A stretch of DNA of 64,000 nt from positions 958-64,957 of the forward strand of contig JAFGBK010000107.1 in NCBI GenBank assembly GCA_016933175.1, given 5' to 3'. Origin of the DNA: Candidatus Krumholzibacteriota bacterium. Its GTDB lineage: Bacteria > Krumholzibacteriota > Krumholzibacteriia > JACNKJ01. The position numbers and the translations under genes were made by a program. This document shows, piece after piece, positions 9,044-18,920 of this stretch (its first letter is position 1; each line of letters begins with the position of its first letter). Under the pieces are notes generated by a model. It did not search any database, was not told the origin of the DNA, and saw only the letters and a program-made list of their open reading frames with translations.

Positions 9044-9964
9044 ATGAAGGCAGCAGCCACGATCAACGCACTGCTTCTGGGCCTCGCCCTCCTGGCGCCC
9101 GCCGCGGGCGCCCAGGACGAGCTGGCGGGCCAGGCCGTCCACCAGATGGAGGTGGTGGGCGAGAGCGAGTTCCGCCTCCAGGTGGAGAAGACCGAGCTGG
9201 ACTTCCACCCCACCGCCATGGATCTCGATGACGGCGCCACGGAGGAGGAGGCCGCCCTGTTCGAGTACGCGCCGCCGGCGAGCTTCCACCCCTACCTCTA
9301 CGACAGCGAGCGGGTGGAATGCCCCCTGGTGCCGAGCTTCGCCGACCGGCCCGTGAGCCGGGCGCCGGTGGTCTCCTTCCGCACGGACTTCAGCGGCAGC
9401 GCCGACGTGGTGCAGTGGAACCTGGACATCACCGACTACCGCGGGGAGGCGTTCCGCAGCATGGAGGGCAAGAAGCGGCCCCCGGATGTCATGCGCTGGG
9501 ACGGCCGCGGCAACCACGGAGAGATCCTCAAGCCCGGCTTCCCCTACTCCTTCCTCTTCACCATCGAGGACTCGGGCACCAACCGCTACCAGTACGCCGG
9601 CAACACCTTCTCGCTGCCCTTCGTCTGCTACCAGGAGGGCAAGAACCTGCGCGTGGAGGCGGCGGCGCACGCCCTGTTCGACAAGGGCCTCTCGCGGCCC
9701 CTGGCGGAAGCGCCCGGCCGGGTGGACCGCATCCTGCGCGAGATCCTCGACTCCCCCCGCCGCGCCGTGCAGGTGGACGCCTGGGCCGAAACCGAGGCCC
9801 TGGCGGCGGCCCGCGCCGCCTGGCTGGCCAAGGCCCTGGAGACGCGCCTGCTCCTGGCCGAGGACCAGGTGGCCAGCGCAGGGTACGCCTACAAGGGCGA
9901 CCCGCCGGGCCGCGACGGCCTGCTGCGCGTGATCCTGCTCAAGGGGGGCAAGAAGGAGGACTAG
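9044..9964 (+). CDS. Exported protein with FlgD-Ig-like module and degenerate OmpA-like C-terminal domain
   Basis: Signal peptide; WNLDITDYRGEAFR...RWDGRGNHGEILKPG (FlgD-like); C-terminal LFDKG...ARAAWLAKAL...GY...RVILL resembles the OmpA/Pal fold but lacks a clear GHTD motif. Confidence 0.55.
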   Translation: MKAAATINALLLGLALLAPAAGAQDELAGQAVHQMEVVGESEFRLQVEKTELDFHPTAMDLDDGATEEEAALFEYAPPASFHPYLYDSERVECPLVPSFADRPVSRAPVVSFRTDFSGSADVVQWNLDITDYRGEAFRSMEGKKRPPDVMRWDGRGNHGEILKPGFPYSFLFTIEDSGTNRYQYAGNTFSLPFVCYQEGKNLRVEAAAHALFDKGLSRPLAEAPGRVDRILREILDSPRRAVQVDAWAETEALAAARAAWLAKALETRLLLAEDQVASAGYAYKGDPPGRDGLLRVILLKGGKKED

Positions 9965-10938
9965 GCCAGGAAGCCCATGGCCTCCCGCACCTCGCCCATG
10001 ACCTCCCGCGCGATGGCGCGGCAGCGTCCGGCCCCGGTCGCCAGGATCTCGCGCACGCGCTCCGGGTTCGCCGCCAGGGCCCGGTAGCGCTCGCGCAGGG
10101 GCGCCAGCTCCCGCTCGATGTGCTCGGCAAGCACACGCTTGCAGTCGATGCAGCCGATGGTGGCGCCGCGGCATCCGCGCGCCAGCTCCTCGCGTGTCTC
10201 GGCGGGCGTGAAGGCCTTGTGGATCGTGAAGATGTTGCAGTCCTCGGGCTCGCCCGGGTCCGAGCGCCGCACGCGCCGCTCGTCGGTGACGGCGGGGCGC
10301 AGCTTGTCCCAGGTCGCCTCGGGCCCGGCCAGGACGGAGACCGTGTTGCCGAGGCTCTTGCTCATCTTGGCCTGGCCATCCAGGCCCAGGATGCGCTTGC
10401 CGGGAGTGAGCAGGGGCCGGGGCTCGGGGAAGATGTCCCCGTAGCGCTTGTTGAAGCGCCGGGCCACCTCGCGGCTGAACTCCAGGTGCTGGATCTGGTC
10501 CTCCCCCACGGGCACCAGCTCGGCCTTGTAGAGCAGGATGTCGGCGGCCTGGAGGACCGGGTAGTCCAGGAGGCCCACGTTGAGGTTCTGCCGGTTGCGG
10601 GCCGCCTTGTCCTTGAACTGGGTCATGCGCTCCAGCTCGCCCAGGGGCGCCACGCAGTTGAAGTACCAGGTCAGCTCGGCGTGCTCGGGCACCGCCGACT
10701 GGACGAAGAGGATGGAGCGCTCGGGGTCGATGCCCGCGGCGAGGAGCGTGATGGCCATGTCCAGGGTGCGCTGCGACAGGGTCGCCGGGTCGAAGGACTC
10801 GGTGACGGCATGGAGGTCCACCACGCAGTAGATGCACTCGTACTCGTCCTGCAGGCGGACCCAGTTCTTGATGGCGCCCGCATAATTGCCCAGGTGGGCC
10901 TCGCCCGAAGGCTGGATGCCGCTGAAGACCCGTTGCAT
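9961..10938 (-). CDS. trpS: Tryptophan--tRNA ligase
   Basis: MQRVFSGIQPSGEAHLGNY (HIGH-like), YPVLQAADIL, VPVGEDQ and KMSKS motifs; ATG at 10938. Confidence 0.98.
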   Translation of the reverse strand: MQRVFSGIQPSGEAHLGNYAGAIKNWVRLQDEYECIYCVVDLHAVTESFDPATLSQRTLDMAITLLAAGIDPERSILFVQSAVPEHAELTWYFNCVAPLGELERMTQFKDKAARNRQNLNVGLLDYPVLQAADILLYKAELVPVGEDQIQHLEFSREVARRFNKRYGDIFPEPRPLLTPGKRILGLDGQAKMSKSLGNTVSVLAGPEATWDKLRPAVTDERRVRRSDPGEPEDCNIFTIHKAFTPAETREELARGCRGATIGCIDCKRVLAEHIERELAPLRERYRALAANPERVREILATGAGRCRAIAREVMGEVREAMGFLA

Positions 10939-11065
10939 GGCCGCCCTCCGCTTCGCGGGCGCCGGGCGGCGGAAGGGATACCGGATCCATCGCCCAGCGC
11001 AATCCATTAGAAAGAAACAAGTTAAGAAAAATAGCCGCGGTCCGGGCAATTCGCGAGCGTCGCTC

Positions 11066-11094
11066 TTGCACCGCTCCGGACCTTGTGCTAGTAT
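11066..11094 (+). promoter_or_regulatory. Sigma70-type promoter with extended -10, driving the candidate sRNA
   Basis: TTGCAC (11066-11071), 17-nt spacer ending TGc, TAGTAT (11089-11094). Confidence 0.7.
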
Positions 11095-11100
11095 TCGAGT

Positions 11101-11227
11101 GTTGCCACGGGGAGCAGGATGCTCTTAAGTGGCGATGTTTTAAAGACTTATACCTGCGCCTTTCTTGTGCTAGGGTATAGGGATTGCTCTCAGGGAAGCG
11201 AGACGGCCCGCGCCGTCTCGTTTCCTT
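11101..11227 (+). ncRNA. Candidate ~125-nt three-hairpin small RNA (Csr/Rsm-like or anti-SD type)
   Basis: Has its own promoter and a 3' terminator hairpin; AT-rich relative to the flanks. Hairpin 11101-11136 has a GGA loop, hairpin 11147-11181 has a CUUUCUU loop. No credible + strand gene follows. Confidence 0.55.
11194..11227 (+). terminator. Intrinsic terminator hairpin of the candidate sRNA; may also serve the convergent etf operon
   Basis: 13-bp stem GGAAGCGAGACGG / CCGTCTCGTTTCC with one G-U pair, 6-nt loop, followed by TT. Confidence 0.65.
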
Positions 11228-11329
11228 GTCTGGAATCGGGGCCGCCGCCGTGCTGCGCGCGGCCCAGGACCCCTCCCGCAAGCCACCTGTCCCGTGCAGC
11301 TTGTGTCAGATGCCTGAAGCAGCTTCGAG

Positions 11330-12304
11330 CTAGGCCAGGAGCTTCTTGAACTCCTCGTCCAGCAGGGGCAGCACCTCCAGCGTGTCCCCCACGATCCCGT
11401 AGTCGGCCACCTTGAAGATGGGCGCCTCGGGATCCTTGTTGACGGCCACGATGGTGCGGCTCGAGCTCATGCCCGCCAGGTGCTGGATAGCCCCCGAGAT
11501 CCCGCAGGCGATGTACAGGACGGGGCTGACGGTCTTGCCCGTCTGGCCCACCTGCTCGGCGTGGGGCCGCCAGCCGGCGTCCACCACGGCGCGGCTGGCG
11601 CCCACGGCGGCGCTCAGGGTCCCGGCCAGCTTCTCGATGAGGGCGAAGTTGGCCGGATCCTTCATGCCCCGGCCGCCCGAGACGATGATGGCCGCCTCGG
11701 TCAGGGGCACCTTGTCGGCGGCGGCCGCGACGGCCTCCCGGACCTCGAGGCGCAGGCGATCGGCGTCGATGGCCGTATCGAGGGGCTGGACCTCGGCGCG
11801 GCGCCCGGCGTCCGCCGCCATGGCCTCGAAGTTGTTGGGCCGCAGGGTGACGATGCCCGGGTTGCCGGCCGGCACCACCGTCTCGAAGGCCTTGCCCGCG
11901 TAGATGGGCCGCTTCCAGCGGACCGTCCCTTCCACCGCCTCGGAGCCGACACAGTCCGGCGCCAGCCCGGCGTCGAGGGCGGCCGCCAGGCGCGCCGACA
12001 GCTCCCGGGTGTGGATGCTGACGGGCATCAGCAGCAGGTCCGCGCCGGTGCCGTCCAGGGCCCGGCGCATCAGGTGGACGTGGACATCGAGGTTGAAATC
12101 GGCGCAGGCCGCGTCGTCGGCCGTCAACACCGCGTCGGCACCGTGGTAGCCGGCGGTCTCGGCCAGTGCGCCGACGCCGCTGCCGATGAGGACGGCCGTC
12201 ACGCGGCCCTCGCCGGCGAGGCGGCGGGCTTCACCCAGGGCTTCCAGGGAGGCCTTGGTCAGGCCCTTGGGACTCGTCTCCAGATACACCCAGATGGCTG
12301 CCAT
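11330..12304 (-). CDS. etfA: Electron transfer flavoprotein subunit alpha
   Basis: [32 protein letters not shown] and [12 protein letters not shown] motifs; ATG at 12304. Confidence 0.97.
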   Translation of the reverse strand: MAAIWVYLETSPKGLTKASLEALGEARRLAGEGRVTAVLIGSGVGALAETAGYHGADAVLTADDAACADFNLDVHVHLMRRALDGTGADLLLMPVSIHTRELSARLAAALDAGLAPDCVGSEAVEGTVRWKRPIYAGKAFETVVPAGNPGIVTLRPNNFEAMAADAGRRAEVQPLDTAIDADRLRLEVREAVAAAADKVPLTEAAIIVSGGRGMKDPANFALIEKLAGTLSAAVGASRAVVDAGWRPHAEQVGQTGKTVSPVLYIACGISGAIQHLAGMSSSRTIVAVNKDPEAPIFKVADYGIVGDTLEVLPLLDEEFKKLLA

Positions 12305-12320
12305 GCGATGACCTCCCTCG

Positions 12321-13088
12321 CTAGACGGCGCGCGCCTCGTTGCGGAGCAGCCGCACCAGCTCCTTGACCTGATCCGGAATCTCGCCGGCGAGGACCTTCC
12401 CCGCCGCCCGGGGCGGCGGCAGGGACAGCCCCTGACGCGCCACGCGCGGCGCGAGGTTGAGGCCCAGATCGGCGAGGGTGACGACATCCTTGGGCTTGCG
12501 GGCCGCCTGCATGATGCCCGGCAGGCTGGGGTAGCGCGGCTCGTTGAGTCCCTTCTGACAGGAGAAGACGGCGGGCAGGGGAACGGCGAGGGTCTCCTTG
12601 ATGCCGTCGGCGTCACGCCCGACGACTGCCGTGCCGTCGCCGACGGCGAGGGAGGTCACGAAGGTGACCACGGGCACATCCAAGCGCTCGGCCACGGCGG
12701 GCCCCACCTGATGGGCGTCGTCGTCCACGGCCTGCTTGCCGCAGAGCACGAGGTCGAACTCCTCGCGGGCCAGCATCTCGGCCAGGATGGCCGCGACACC
12801 CGCGGGATCCAGACCCCGGGCCGCCTCGTCGCGCAGCACCATGGCGCGGTCGCAGCCCATGGCCAGGGCCGTCTTGACCGCCTCGTCGGCGCTGGCCGGA
12901 CCGACATTGACGATCGCTACCTCGCCGCCGTGCTGTTCCTTGAGCTGGATGGCCGCTTCCACGGCGTACTCGTCGTAGGGATTGAGCACCTTCTGCACCT
13001 CGTCCAGCCTGACGGCGGATCCGTCGGGCTGGAGCTCGATCTTGGCGGCCGTGTCGGCCACCTGTTTCACCAGGACCGCTATCTTCAT
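12321..13088 (-). CDS. etfB: Electron transfer flavoprotein subunit beta
   Basis: MKIAVLVKQVAD, LNPYDEYAVE, GKQAVDDDAHQVGP and NEPRYPSL motifs; ATG at 13088. Confidence 0.97.
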   Translation of the reverse strand: MKIAVLVKQVADTAAKIELQPDGSAVRLDEVQKVLNPYDEYAVEAAIQLKEQHGGEVAIVNVGPASADEAVKTALAMGCDRAMVLRDEAARGLDPAGVAAILAEMLAREEFDLVLCGKQAVDDDAHQVGPAVAERLDVPVVTFVTSLAVGDGTAVVGRDADGIKETLAVPLPAVFSCQKGLNEPRYPSLPGIMQAARKPKDVVTLADLGLNLAPRVARQGLSLPPPRAAGKVLAGEIPDQVKELVRLLRNEARAV

Positions 13089-13129
13089 GCTTCTCCTTGT
13101 GGGCTTGTCGTTGCGTGGCTGCCGGGGGA

Positions 13130-14275
<1,146 letters not shown>

Positions 14276-14320
14276 GGAAAACCGTCCCGGAATAGGGTTA
14301 CAGGCTTGCTCGGGGCTGCG

Positions 14321-14349
14321 AGCATAGGACAGACGCGGCCGATTCTCAA
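14321..14349 (-). promoter_or_regulatory. Sigma70-type promoter for the acyl-CoA dehydrogenase-etfB-etfA operon
   Basis: On the minus strand, TTGAGA (14349-14344), 17-nt spacer, TATGCT (14326-14321). Confidence 0.5.
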
Positions 14350-14951
14350 GGCCAAAGGCCAGCCTCGGCCAGGCCCGACCGCAGGCGCGCCAGCAGATCC
14401 TGGGTGATGCGCCGCGTGGTGCCCCAGATCACCTCGCCCTCGGCGAGAAAGGCCGGGGTCTCGATGCGCCTCCCCTCGAATTCCACGGCCGCCTGGCGCA
14501 GGGCCGCCGGCGGCAGGAGCGCGGCCAGAGGCACGGTGAACACGCGCGCCACCTCCCCGGGGCTGGCCGGCGCGTAGGGACCCGGCGGCCAGAGGCTGAG
14601 GAAGGGCTGGACGCGGTACTTCTCCATCCAGGTGACCACGGGCGCCAGGGCACCCAGGGGGCGCACCCGGGCCGGGTCAACGCCCACCTCCTCGGCGGAC
14701 TCGCGCAGGGCCGTGGCCAGCAGGTCGCTGTCGCCGGCTTCGCGGACGCCCCCGGGGAAGGAGACCTGCCCCTTGTGATCGGGCAGGGTGCGGGTCCGGC
14801 GCGTGAAGAGCAGGGCGGCCTCGCCCGCCACGGGCAGGAGGGGCACCAGGACCGCGGCCGGCAGGATGCCGTCATCGCCGGCGGGCGGCCCGGCCGGCGG
14901 CAGGCGGCGTGCCATGAGGGCGGCCACGTCCTCGGCGCGCAGGAGACTCAA
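14346..14951 (-). CDS. NUDIX hydrolase, CoA pyrophosphatase type
   Basis: AAVLVPL, HKGQVSFPGG and ALRESAEEVG Nudix box. Likely TTG start at 14951 overlapping the upstream stop; ATG at 14915 is the alternative. Confidence 0.9.
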   Translation of the reverse strand: MSLLRAEDVAALMARRLPPAGPPAGDDGILPAAVLVPLLPVAGEAALLFTRRTRTLPDHKGQVSFPGGVREAGDSDLLATALRESAEEVGVDPARVRPLGALAPVVTWMEKYRVQPFLSLWPPGPYAPASPGEVARVFTVPLAALLPPAALRQAAVEFEGRRIETPAFLAEGEVIWGTTRRITQDLLARLRSGLAEAGLWP

Positions 14952-15775
14952 CGGTCCTCCGCCACGAGGCTGCGGTACAGCGCCGGCCGGCGATCGTCCA
15001 GGACGTGGTTGCGGGCGGTGACCATCTTGTCGCGCGCGGCCGCCGGGTCCACGTCGGCGGTTCCCGCAGCGGGCTCCCCGACCGGCAGGGCCAGGACGCG
15101 CCGGCCGCACGGGTCCACGACCTGGCTGCCGCCCGTGAAGCGCAGCGTCTCGCCGTCGGGGAAGCGTTCCTCCCCCACCCGGTTGGCCGTCAGGGTCCAG
15201 ACGCGGTTCTCGACGGCGCGGGTGACCATGGCGTCCTGGCAGAGGGTCAGCACCAGGTTCGCCGGCTGGGCGATGAGGTCGGCGCCGGCCAGGGCCAGGT
15301 GCCGGGCCAGCTCGGGGAAGATCCAGTCGAAGCAGATCATCAGGCCCAGGCGCAGGCCGCGGAACTCGTGGACCCGCGGCGGCGCGTCGCCCGCGTCGAA
15401 GAGCTCCGGCTCGCGGTAGAAGAGGTGCAGCTTGCGGTAGAAGACGGGCTCGGCGCCGGGGCGCAGCAGGGCGGCGGCGTTGTAGAGGCGGCCGCCCTCG
15501 GCCAGGGGCAGGCCCGCCACCAGGGCGCCGCGCAGCTCCTCGGCCAGGGCCTGCAGGGCGTCCAGGCCGGGGCTGCCGCCGGGGCGCTCGGCGAGGTCGG
15601 CCACCGCGTCGCGGGCGCCGAAGGCGTAACCGCAGGTGGCCAGCTCGGGGAAGACGGTCAGGTCGGCGGCCGCCGCGCGGGCGCGGGCCGCCATGTCGGC
15701 CAGGTTGGCCGCCCGCTCGCCGAGGCGGGGCGCCGTCTGGACGACGGCGACGCGCAGCGCCTCCCCCCCGCTCAC
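14948..15775 (-). CDS. Carbon-nitrogen hydrolase (nitrilase/amidase family)
   Basis: Catalytic E-K-C motifs FPELA, YRKLHL and ICFDWIFPE; GTG start overlapping the permease stop. Confidence 0.92.
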   Translation of the reverse strand: MSGGEALRVAVVQTAPRLGERAANLADMAARARAAAADLTVFPELATCGYAFGARDAVADLAERPGGSPGLDALQALAEELRGALVAGLPLAEGGRLYNAAALLRPGAEPVFYRKLHLFYREPELFDAGDAPPRVHEFRGLRLGLMICFDWIFPELARHLALAGADLIAQPANLVLTLCQDAMVTRAVENRVWTLTANRVGEERFPDGETLRFTGGSQVVDPCGRRVLALPVGEPAAGTADVDPAAARDKMVTARNHVLDDRRPALYRSLVAEDR

Positions 15776-17046
15776 GGCCGCCGCACCCAGCGCCAGGCCT
15801 CGGCGAGGCTCGCCTTCTTGCCCGTCATCAGGATGCCCACGCGGAAGATGCGTCCCGACACGAAGTAGGCGCCCGCGATGGTGCCGATCAGCAGGGCGAA
15901 GGCGAGGACGATCTGCCACGCGGGCGGCGAGCTGATGTTGACGCGCATGAACATCACCAGGGGCGCGAAGAAGGGGATGAGGCTCATGACCGTCGAAAAC
16001 GGCGCGTCGGGATTCTGGAAGATGTAGATGATGATCACCAGCGGCACGATGAGCAGCATGATCAGCGGCTGCTGGAGCTGCTGGGCCTCCTGGTCCGTGG
16101 TGCTCATGGCGCCCGCCGCCGCGAAGAGGCCGGCGTAGAGCAGGAAGCCCAGGACGTAGAAGGCCACGAAGTAGGCGAAGGTGGCCGGCTGCAGGGAGGG
16201 CAGCTGCTGGAACTGGGCGGCCGTCAGCAGCCCGAACAGCGCCGCCGCCAGGGCCATGACCAGCCAGGCCAGGTACTGGGTCAGCCCCACGGCGCCGATG
16301 CCCAGGATCTTGCCCGTGAAGAAGCGCGTGGCGTCCATGCTGGACAGCACCACCTCCGTCACGTGCTGGTTCTTGTCCTCGAGGATGCTGCGCTGGATCA
16401 TGCTGCCGAAGACGATGATGGTCATGTAGAGGATCATCACCATGACCATGGTGCTCAGGTAGAGGGACTCGAAGCCCGCCTCGCTGGCCTCGCCGCCCTT
16501 GTGCTGGTAGGTGCGCAGGCGGGCGTGCACCTGGATCTGCTCGAGCAGGCGCGGGTCCAGCTCCAGCCGGGCCAGCCTCTCGCGGCGCAGCAGGTCCGTC
16601 AGCCGCGACTCCAGGACCTCCAGCAGCGTGAAGTTGCTGACCACGCGGCCGTGGAAGGCCACCTCGCCGCCCGTGGCGACATCCGCGGGGATCACGATGA
16701 ACCAGTCCAGGAGCTCCCCATCCAGCAGGGTCGCCAGGTAGGCGGGCTCTGCCAGACGCGAGGCGTCCAGGCCGGCGGCGTCCAGGCCCCGGTCCAGGAA
16801 GACGTAGCGGGGCGCGCCACCAGCCAGGGTGTCCTGGATGGCGGCCTCGAAGTCGGCCTTGTAGCGGCCCGTCTCGTCCACCACCAGGACCGTGCTGGCC
16901 GAGTCCTCCTGCACTCCCGCCAGCCACATGGGCAGGATGATCACGGCGCCCATGAACAGCGGCACCAGCAGCAGACCGATCCAGAAGGAGCGCCGCCGCA
17001 CGCGCTCGAGGTACTCGCGCAGGAAGACCGCTCCGACCTTGCTCAC
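15772..17046 (-). CDS. ABC-2 type exporter permease (NatB-like)
   Basis: EDKNQHVTEVVLSS, GKILGIG and S.IPFFAPLVMFMR motifs; one N-terminal TM, a periplasmic loop and several C-terminal TMs. Confidence 0.9.
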   Translation of the reverse strand: MSKVGAVFLREYLERVRRRSFWIGLLLVPLFMGAVIILPMWLAGVQEDSASTVLVVDETGRYKADFEAAIQDTLAGGAPRYVFLDRGLDAAGLDASRLAEPAYLATLLDGELLDWFIVIPADVATGGEVAFHGRVVSNFTLLEVLESRLTDLLRRERLARLELDPRLLEQIQVHARLRTYQHKGGEASEAGFESLYLSTMVMVMILYMTIIVFGSMIQRSILEDKNQHVTEVVLSSMDATRFFTGKILGIGAVGLTQYLAWLVMALAAALFGLLTAAQFQQLPSLQPATFAYFVAFYVLGFLLYAGLFAAAGAMSTTDQEAQQLQQPLIMLLIVPLVIIIYIFQNPDAPFSTVMSLIPFFAPLVMFMRVNISSPPAWQIVLAFALLIGTIAGAYFVSGRIFRVGILMTGKKASLAEAWRWVRRP

Positions 17047-17960
17047 GGCGCCGCCTCCTTCCCGCCGCCCGTCGCCCGCACCGTCTGGATGAAGATGTTG
17101 TGCAGGCTGGGGACGATGACCTCGAAGTGGCTGATCGACAGTCGCGCGCTCCAGTCGCGAGCCACGTCCGGCACGTCCTTCCCGTCGCGCAGGTCCAGCT
17201 CGGCGCGGCCGGGGGCCGGGAACTGGCAGCGCTCCACGCGCGGGTCGCCAGCCAGCACGCTCTCCTCCCCCTGGAAGTGGACGCGCAGGTGGCGGCGCCC
17301 GAAGGAGCTGCGCACGGCGTTCAGCTCCCCCGCCAGGACCAGGCGCCCCTCGTCGATGAGGGCGATCTCGTCGCAGAGGCGCTCGGCCTGCTCCATCATG
17401 TGGGTGGAGAAGATGACCGTGTGTCCCGCGGCCCGCAGTTCCATCATGATGTCCCTGAGGGCCTCGGTGTTGATGGGATCCAGCCCGCTGAAGGGCTCGT
17501 CCAGGAGCACCAGCTCGGGCTCGTGCAGCAGGGTGGACGCGAACTGGACCTTCTGCTGCATGCCCTTGCTCAGCTCGTCCACCTCGCCCTGGGCCCGGTC
17601 GGCCAGGCCGAGGCGCTCGAGCCAGGCAAGGGATCGCCGTCGCGCCTCGGAGCGGGACAGTCCCTTGAGGCTGCCGAAGAAGACCATGTGGTCCAGCACG
17701 CGCATCTTCTTGTAGAGGCCGCGTTCCTCGGGCAGATAGCCGAGCCGGTTGCGGAAGGCTTCGCTGAGGGGCTCGCCGCCGGCCGTGATGCGGCCGGCGT
17801 CGGGCGCGATGATGTTCATGACCATGCGGATCGTCGTTGACTTGCCGGCCCCGTTGGGGCCCAGGAATCCCGTCACGCGCCCGGTGGCAAAGCGGTAGTC
17901 GATGGCGTCGACCGCCGTCTTGCCATCGAAGCGCTTGCTCACGCCGTGCAGCTCGATCAC
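17043..17960 (-). CDS. ABC exporter ATP-binding protein (NatA-like)
   Basis: GPNGAGKST, LSKGMQQ and LLDEPFSGLD motifs. Confidence 0.95.
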   Translation of the reverse strand: MIELHGVSKRFDGKTAVDAIDYRFATGRVTGFLGPNGAGKSTTIRMVMNIIAPDAGRITAGGEPLSEAFRNRLGYLPEERGLYKKMRVLDHMVFFGSLKGLSRSEARRRSLAWLERLGLADRAQGEVDELSKGMQQKVQFASTLLHEPELVLLDEPFSGLDPINTEALRDIMMELRAAGHTVIFSTHMMEQAERLCDEIALIDEGRLVLAGELNAVRSSFGRRHLRVHFQGEESVLAGDPRVERCQFPAPGRAELDLRDGKDVPDVARDWSARLSISHFEVIVPSLHNIFIQTVRATGGGKEAAP

Positions 17961-18811
17961 GCCTCGTTCCCCCTTCGGCCCGCGGCCGCCGGCGGGACGC
18001 CCGCGGAGTGGATGGTGAAGCGGCCCTCCTCGGCGACGGGGCCGGCCAGGCTCAGCATCCCGGCCGCGTCCCGGCTCACCGCGAGGGGGCCGCCCGGGTA
18101 GGCGATGACGACGCGCCCGCCGGCCGCCACGGGCCGGGGACCCGCGGCGGCCACGGCCAGGGCGCCTGTGCCGCAGGAGCGGGTCTCGCCGACGCCGCGC
18201 TCCCAGACGCGCACGCGCCAGCCGCCCGACGCCGGGTCGGCCACCGCCAGCTCCAGGTTGACGCCGTCCGGGAAGTCCGGATGCCCCTGGAGGCGCGGGC
18301 CCAGCTCGCGCACGCGCGCCTGCGTGGCGGCGTCCGTGAAGACGACGAAGTGCGGGTTGCCCAGCCAGGCGCCGTAGCCCGCCAGGCGCGTGCCGGCCGC
18401 GTCCACGGCGAAGGGCGTCGCCAGGGAGCCGGGACGGCCGGGCAGGGACCGGGCCTCGCCGAGCTCGGCCCGCACCTCATCTCCCTCGAGCCAGACGCGC
18501 TTGGGACCGTCGCTGGTCTCGATGGCCCCGCCGGTGCGGAAGCGGCCCGCGCCGGCCAGCAGCGCCGCCAGGCAGCGCAGGCCGTTGCCGCACATGCCCT
18601 CGGTCCCGTCGGGATTGAGCATGACCTGGCCAGGCGGATCGGCGGCGCCCAGGATCAGCCCGTCGGCGGCGGGCAGGGTCCCGCCGCTCGCGTCCCGGGC
18701 CCGGCCGCCGCAGGCATGGCGGGCCAGAGCCCGCCGCTCGTCCTCATCCGTCGGACCGGCGAGTGTCAGGTAGAAGACGTTCCCGGCTGCGCTCATCCGC
18801 ACCAGTTCCAT
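17957..18811 (-). CDS. dapF: Diaminopimelate epimerase family protein
   Basis: AGNVF, NPDG.EGMCGNGLRC, GNPH, NLE, WERGVGET.SCGTG and GG.L motifs; both catalytic Cys present. Confidence 0.8.
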   Translation of the reverse strand: MELVRMSAAGNVFYLTLAGPTDEDERRALARHACGGRARDASGGTLPAADGLILGAADPPGQVMLNPDGTEGMCGNGLRCLAALLAGAGRFRTGGAIETSDGPKRVWLEGDEVRAELGEARSLPGRPGSLATPFAVDAAGTRLAGYGAWLGNPHFVVFTDAATQARVRELGPRLQGHPDFPDGVNLELAVADPASGGWRVRVWERGVGETRSCGTGALAVAAAGPRPVAAGGRVVIAYPGGPLAVSRDAAGMLSLAGPVAEEGRFTIHSAGVPPAAAGRRGNEA

Positions 18812-18820
18812 GGCGAGTCG

Positions 18821-18849
18821 AAGATAGACGAGGGCCCGGGGGCGGTCAA
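18821..18849 (-). promoter_or_regulatory. Sigma70-type promoter giving a near-leaderless dapF operon transcript
   Basis: On the minus strand, TTGACC (18849-18844), 17-nt spacer, TATCTT (18826-18821); ATG at 18811. Confidence 0.55.
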
Positions 18850-18920
18850 CGCGCTTTGCGGGAACTTGGCCGGCGCCCGGCCGTAGATGCAGCCGTTGAC
18901 CCCTGCACGGAGGTGCACCG

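Noticed and set aside
10939-11060. Possible T-box riboswitch upstream of trpS
   Set aside because: No T-box consensus (AAUUxGGGUGGxACCGCG-like) or specifier stem is visible on the minus strand, and the leader space is short.
11061-11090. Minus-strand CAAGGTCCGGAG resembling the SRP RNA helix 8 core
   Set aside because: The following GGAAGGAAGCAGC pattern is absent, and the segment is better explained as the promoter spacer.
11119-11349. 76-aa + strand ORF with a GGAG upstream
   Set aside because: The RBS and ATG are buried in hairpin 1, the frame runs through a terminator into the etfA 3' end, and it shows no protein-like signature; the sRNA reading fits better, though a short peptide is not excluded.
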